This document shows, in pieces, positions 60,384-64,000 of a DNA stretch of 64,000 nt. Under the pieces are notes generated by a model, which saw only the letters and a list, made by a program, of their open reading frames with translations, did not search any database and was not told where the DNA came from. The position numbers and the translations under genes were made by a program. Each line of letters starts with the position of its first letter. The first letter of the stretch is position 1. Source of the DNA: Candidatus Poribacteria bacterium. GTDB lineage: Bacteria > Poribacteria > WGA-4E > WGA-3G. The DNA is taken from positions 2,048,001-2,112,000 of the forward strand of contig OZ251518.1 in NCBI GenBank assembly GCA_965242965.1, in the 5' to 3' direction.

Positions 60384-60605
60384 TTAAGCCGGTAATTCCG
60401 CCTCATTGATAAGCATCACCGGAATGCCATTGCGGATGGGATAGCGACGCTGGCACTCCCCTTGACACACTAACTTTTCTTCGGATGGTTCGTGCACTAT
60501 CTCGCCTTTGCACGCGGGGCACGCCAAAATCTCAAGCAAGGTTTGTGAGAGTCCGCGCGAGTTTTGTGCATTCAAATGTTCGTCGTTCGCGTTGTTTTTT
60601 TGCAT
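60384..60605 (-). CDS. Trm112 family protein
   Basis: LLEILACPACKG...YPIRNGIPVML; AGGAG RBS. Confidence 0.9.
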   Translation of the reverse strand: MQKNNANDEHLNAQNSRGLSQTLLEILACPACKGEIVHEPSEEKLVCQGECQRRYPIRNGIPVMLINEAELPA

Positions 60606-60624
60606 AAGGTTCTCCTACGTCAGC

Positions 60625-60678
60625 CATCATCGTCATCATCGCCATCATCGTCACCATCGTCATCATCGTCATCATCAC
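60625..60678. repeat. 9-bp tandem repeat (CATCATCGT) x6, imperfect
   Basis: Directly visible between the secA stop and the Trm112 RBS. Confidence 0.9.
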
Positions 60679-60715
60679 CGTGGTTGATACCTCGGTTTTT
60701 AAGGCGATGAAAGAA

Positions 60716-63418
60716 TTAGCGGCCGCAACACCGCTTATATTTTTTGCCGCTACCACACGGACACGGCGCGTTCCTGCCGATTTTCGGTGTCGTCCCCATC
60801 GCCTGTTGCGATGCGAACTCGGCAGCACCCGGGTCAGCCGCCGAGTTTTGTTTGCGCATCGGCCGACGCGGCCTGCCGCCGGGCCTGCCAGAACGTCTCG
60901 CGGGCGCGCGCCGCGGTGCCTCCGTGTTGACACGCGACTTGAAGATGAATTCGCTCACTTCTTCCTCAATGTGCTGATACATACTCTCAAACACACCGAG
61001 TGCCTCGTTTTTGAAGACGACAATCGGGTCCTTCCCACCATAGCCCGCGCCAAAACGGATGCCTTCTTCAATGTAGTCAATGTTGTAGAGATGGTCCTTC
61101 CAGTGATTATCGATTCGATCCAAGAGGAGCAGGCGTTCCAAGAGCCGCATCGTTTCAGGGCCCATTTCCACCTCGCGTGCTTCATAAACAGCGCGCAGTG
61201 CATCCAATGCCTGCGCTTGGATATCGTCCAAATCTGTCTGTGCCAACGGGGTTTTCCACGTAACCTGAACAGGGAAGGTGGTGGTTAACCACTGCTCAAA
61301 TCTATCCGGGGTTTCAAGCGTCGGGCCGCCTTTTTCCGGCAGGTTTTCGTCAATGCTGTTGGCGACAACTCGTTCTATCATCCCCCAGATAGTTGATTTC
61401 AGGTCATCGCCGCTGAGGATGGTATCGCGCAAGGTGTAAATTGTATCGCGCTGTGAGTCCATGACATCGTCAAACTTGAGCAGATTTTTGCGAATTTCAA
61501 AGTGCATCTGCTCCACGCGCGTCTGCGCCTTCTCAATGGATTTAGTCACCCAGGGGTGTTCAAGTGGGACATCTTCGTCCATGCCGACGCGCGTCATCAA
61601 TCCCTGCAACCGTTCGGAGCCGAACTTCCGCATCAACTCGTCTTCAAGCGAGAGATAGAAGCGCGATGAACCCGGGTCCCCCTGTCTGCCAGAGCGTCCG
61701 CGCAGCTGGTTATCAATGCGGCGCGACTCATGCCGCTCCGTGCCGATGATATGCAGTCCGCCCGCGGTAAGCACCTTTTCCCGGTTTGCCTCACAAATCG
61801 CTTCTGCTTCCGCGAGCGCAGCTTGGAATTTTTCTGCCTCCGGCGGCAATGTGTCAACCTTCACCTTCTGCTTCCGCAACATCTCCATGGCGAGGCCCTC
61901 AGGGTTACCGCCAAGGAGGATATCCACCCCGCGTCCTGCCATATTCGTTGCGATAGTAACGGCACCGGGCACCCCCGCCTGCGCGATGATATCCGCTTCA
62001 CGCGCGTGCTCCTTCGCATTCAGCACCTGATGTTTAATGTCACGGCGTTTCGTGCGGAGCATTTTGCTCAATTTTTCGGAGTTCTCAATCGAAATTGTGC
62101 CGACGAGGATAGGACGCCCCTTCTCGTGCTGTTCAATAATATCTTGCAACACAGCGTCGTATTTCGCCGACTCGGTTTTGTAAATCTGGTCTGCGTTATC
62201 TTCCCGGATCATCGGTTCGTTGGTGGGAATGACGGCGACTTCAAGTTTATAGATATGCGCGAATTCATTCGCCTCTGTCGCCGCAGTGCCTGTCATTCCC
62301 GCCAATTTGTCATACAGGCGGAAATAATTCTGATAGGTAATTTTCGCGCCGGTTTGGCTTTCCTGCACGACGCGCACGCGCTCCTTCGCTTCAATCGCTT
62401 GATGGAGCCCCTCGCTGAGCCGCCTGCCGATCTGCTTCCTGCCGGTGAATTCATCAACGAGGAGAACTTCGCCGTGCTCGACGAGGTAGTCCACGTCGCG
62501 TTTGTAGAGCTGATGCGCGGTGAGGGATTGATTGACGTGATGGACGAGCGCAAGGTTGGTATGCTCATAGAGGTTGTCCAATCCGAGGCGGCGTTGCACC
62601 TCTTCAACGCCTTCGTCCGTAAGCGTCGCACTGCCGCGCGTCTTTCCCTGCTGGTCGATCTGGAAATGGGTATCTTTGACTAGCACGGCAACAACGGTGT
62701 TAATTTGCTTGTAGAGTTCCGGTGGTTCTCCGGAGGGTTCGGAGATGATGAGCGGCGTGCGCGCCTCGTCAATGAGGATGCTATCCACTTCGTCAAGGAT
62801 GCAATAGACATGCCCGCGCTGCACCTTCGTGTCAAAGGAGGTGGCCTTGTTATCCCAGAGATAATCAAACCCGAATTCGCTGTGAACGCCGTAGGTGATG
62901 TCCGCCTTGTAGCCGAGCATTTTCTGTTCGTGCGGCATTTGGCTCAGGGTGAGTCCGACAGTGAGCCCGAGGAAGTTGTAAATTTTCCCCATCCACTCGG
63001 CATCACGTCGGGCAAGATAGTCGTTCACGGTGGCGAGATGCACACCTCTCCCGTTCAACGCGTTCAGGTAAACAGGCAGTGTGGAGGTGAGAGTTTTTCC
63101 TTCGCCGGTGCGCATTTCGGCGATTTGGCCCCGGTGGAGCGCGATGCCGCCCATGAGTTGCACATCGTAGTGCCGCTGTTTCAACGTCCGCATCGCCGCT
63201 TCGCGAACGACAGCGTAGGCATCCGGTAACAGTTCGTCAAGCGATGCGCCGGCATCCAACTGTTGACGAAATTCGGGTGTTTTGGCTTGGAGTTGCGCAT
63301 CTGTCAGTTTCTTAATTTCCGGCTCGCGCTGGTTTATCGCCTCAACAAGGGCGCGGAAGCGTTTGACATCCCTGTCCTCCTTGCTGCCGAAAACCTTGGT
63401 TAGGTATTTTTGAAACAT
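60716..63418 (-). CDS. secA: Preprotein translocase subunit SecA
   Basis: EMRTGEGKT, DEVDSILIDEARTPLIIS, ATNMAGRG, RRIDNQLRGRSGRQGDPG, C-terminal CPCGSGKKYKRCCG. Confidence 0.98.
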   Translation of the reverse strand: MFQKYLTKVFGSKEDRDVKRFRALVEAINQREPEIKKLTDAQLQAKTPEFRQQLDAGASLDELLPDAYAVVREAAMRTLKQRHYDVQLMGGIALHRGQIAEMRTGEGKTLTSTLPVYLNALNGRGVHLATVNDYLARRDAEWMGKIYNFLGLTVGLTLSQMPHEQKMLGYKADITYGVHSEFGFDYLWDNKATSFDTKVQRGHVYCILDEVDSILIDEARTPLIISEPSGEPPELYKQINTVVAVLVKDTHFQIDQQGKTRGSATLTDEGVEEVQRRLGLDNLYEHTNLALVHHVNQSLTAHQLYKRDVDYLVEHGEVLLVDEFTGRKQIGRRLSEGLHQAIEAKERVRVVQESQTGAKITYQNYFRLYDKLAGMTGTAATEANEFAHIYKLEVAVIPTNEPMIREDNADQIYKTESAKYDAVLQDIIEQHEKGRPILVGTISIENSEKLSKMLRTKRRDIKHQVLNAKEHAREADIIAQAGVPGAVTIATNMAGRGVDILLGGNPEGLAMEMLRKQKVKVDTLPPEAEKFQAALAEAEAICEANREKVLTAGGLHIIGTERHESRRIDNQLRGRSGRQGDPGSSRFYLSLEDELMRKFGSERLQGLMTRVGMDEDVPLEHPWVTKSIEKAQTRVEQMHFEIRKNLLKFDDVMDSQRDTIYTLRDTILSGDDLKSTIWGMIERVVANSIDENLPEKGGPTLETPDRFEQWLTTTFPVQVTWKTPLAQTDLDDIQAQALDALRAVYEAREVEMGPETMRLLERLLLLDRIDNHWKDHLYNIDYIEEGIRFGAGYGGKDPIVVFKNEALGVFESMYQHIEEEVSEFIFKSRVNTEAPRRAPARRSGRPGGRPRRPMRKQNSAADPGAAEFASQQAMGTTPKIGRNAPCPCGSGKKYKRCCGR

Positions 63419-63466
63419 GTTCCCTCCGATTTTTGTTAGGTAACCTGTCTGTCCTTTATCTGTCCT

Positions 63467-64000
63467 TTATCTGTCTCTGGGCGGTGCTAACATATTCTGT
63501 TCATCAATTCTCTTCCGCAAAAGGGTGTAAATCAGTGTGTTTCCCGCGGAAGCGATGGAGAACAAGAACGCGAGAATCAGGCAGACAATGCCTATCACCC
63601 CGAGGGTAAAGCAGACAGTTGTCGCCGTAATCCAGAAATCATCTCCGCCGCTCGGTAGTGTTGTCGGGAAGAAGAGAATCCCCCCGAGCCAATCATCCGC
63701 TGTAGCAGGCACGGATGCCATCTCCGTTGAGTGCAGATACCCAATCGGTAATAGGACGATTGCAACGCCGCAGCAGCAGAAAAATCCCCATATCGGCACG
63801 AAGATGAGTTTGAGCAGGAACAAAAGCAGTTCATACAGCACCATCCGCCACAGTTGATGCCAGACAATTGCAAACTGCTGGTAAATTGTCTCAAACGCGT
63901 CTGCGCCTGTCGTGGCGACGACAGCAGGCACAAAGAGCAAACTCGCGATGAAAACGATGCAGATGAACGCCATCAGCAAGCCGAGGAAAAAGCCGAACGG
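63467..64000 (-). CDS. Hypothetical membrane protein, 5' end probably outside the window
   Basis: Hydrophobic ORF with several TM segments; frame appears to stay open to the window edge. Confidence 0.6.
   Translation of the reverse strand, partial: PFGFFLGLLMAFICIVFIASLLFVPAVVATTGADAFETIYQQFAIVWHQLWRMVLYELLLFLLKLIFVPIWGFFCCCGVAIVLLPIGYLHSTEMASVPATADDWLGGILFFPTTLPSGGDDFWITATTVCFTLGVIGIVCLILAFLFSIASAGNTLIYTLLRKRIDEQNMLAPPRDR

Noticed and set aside
60532-60933. ORF with Met/Thr-rich stretch (MMTMMTMV)
   Set aside because: Out-of-frame overlap with secA and Trm112; it arises from the 9-bp tandem repeat.
63446-63476. Short tandem duplication (TCTGTCCTTTA) x2 upstream of secA
   Set aside because: Only two units; no evidence of function.

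Overview
Bacterial chromosomal window, moderately GC-rich, most likely from Candidatus Poribacteria or a relative. That assignment is inferred from secreted LamG/CBM proteins ending in V-x-x-x-x-K-x-x-T-x-W-G-x-[LI]-K and from a PhyH dioxygenase. Housekeeping genes (ileS partial, purB, serA, smpB plus tmRNA, a J-domain protein, mtnK, asd, HU, sppA, secA, hsp20, aquaporin) are interleaved with three DNA-modification/defence loci: a DUF1156 methylase plus DUF499 ATPase module, an MTase-putative REase-MTase locus, and an MTase/Mrr-like fusion frameshifted at a G9 tract. The most striking signal is non-coding. About 20 intergenic mosaics (roughly 9 kb by eye) are built from at least six families of short hairpins that all start with GTAG, show compensatory stem changes, pair head-to-head like REPINs/BIMEs, and are sometimes enclosed by GAGG(A/G)TGTTTCATA terminal inverted repeats. 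Two units sit in-frame inside protein genes, one of them ileS, and two co-linear mosaics form about 480-bp direct repeats around the DUF1156/DUF499 module. Two DNA methyltransferases carry long poly-G/C tracts, one in frame and one out of frame, suggesting phase variation. No CRISPR array, rRNA, tRNA, transposase or integrase was seen. All family assignments come from motif recognition by eye, not from database searches.
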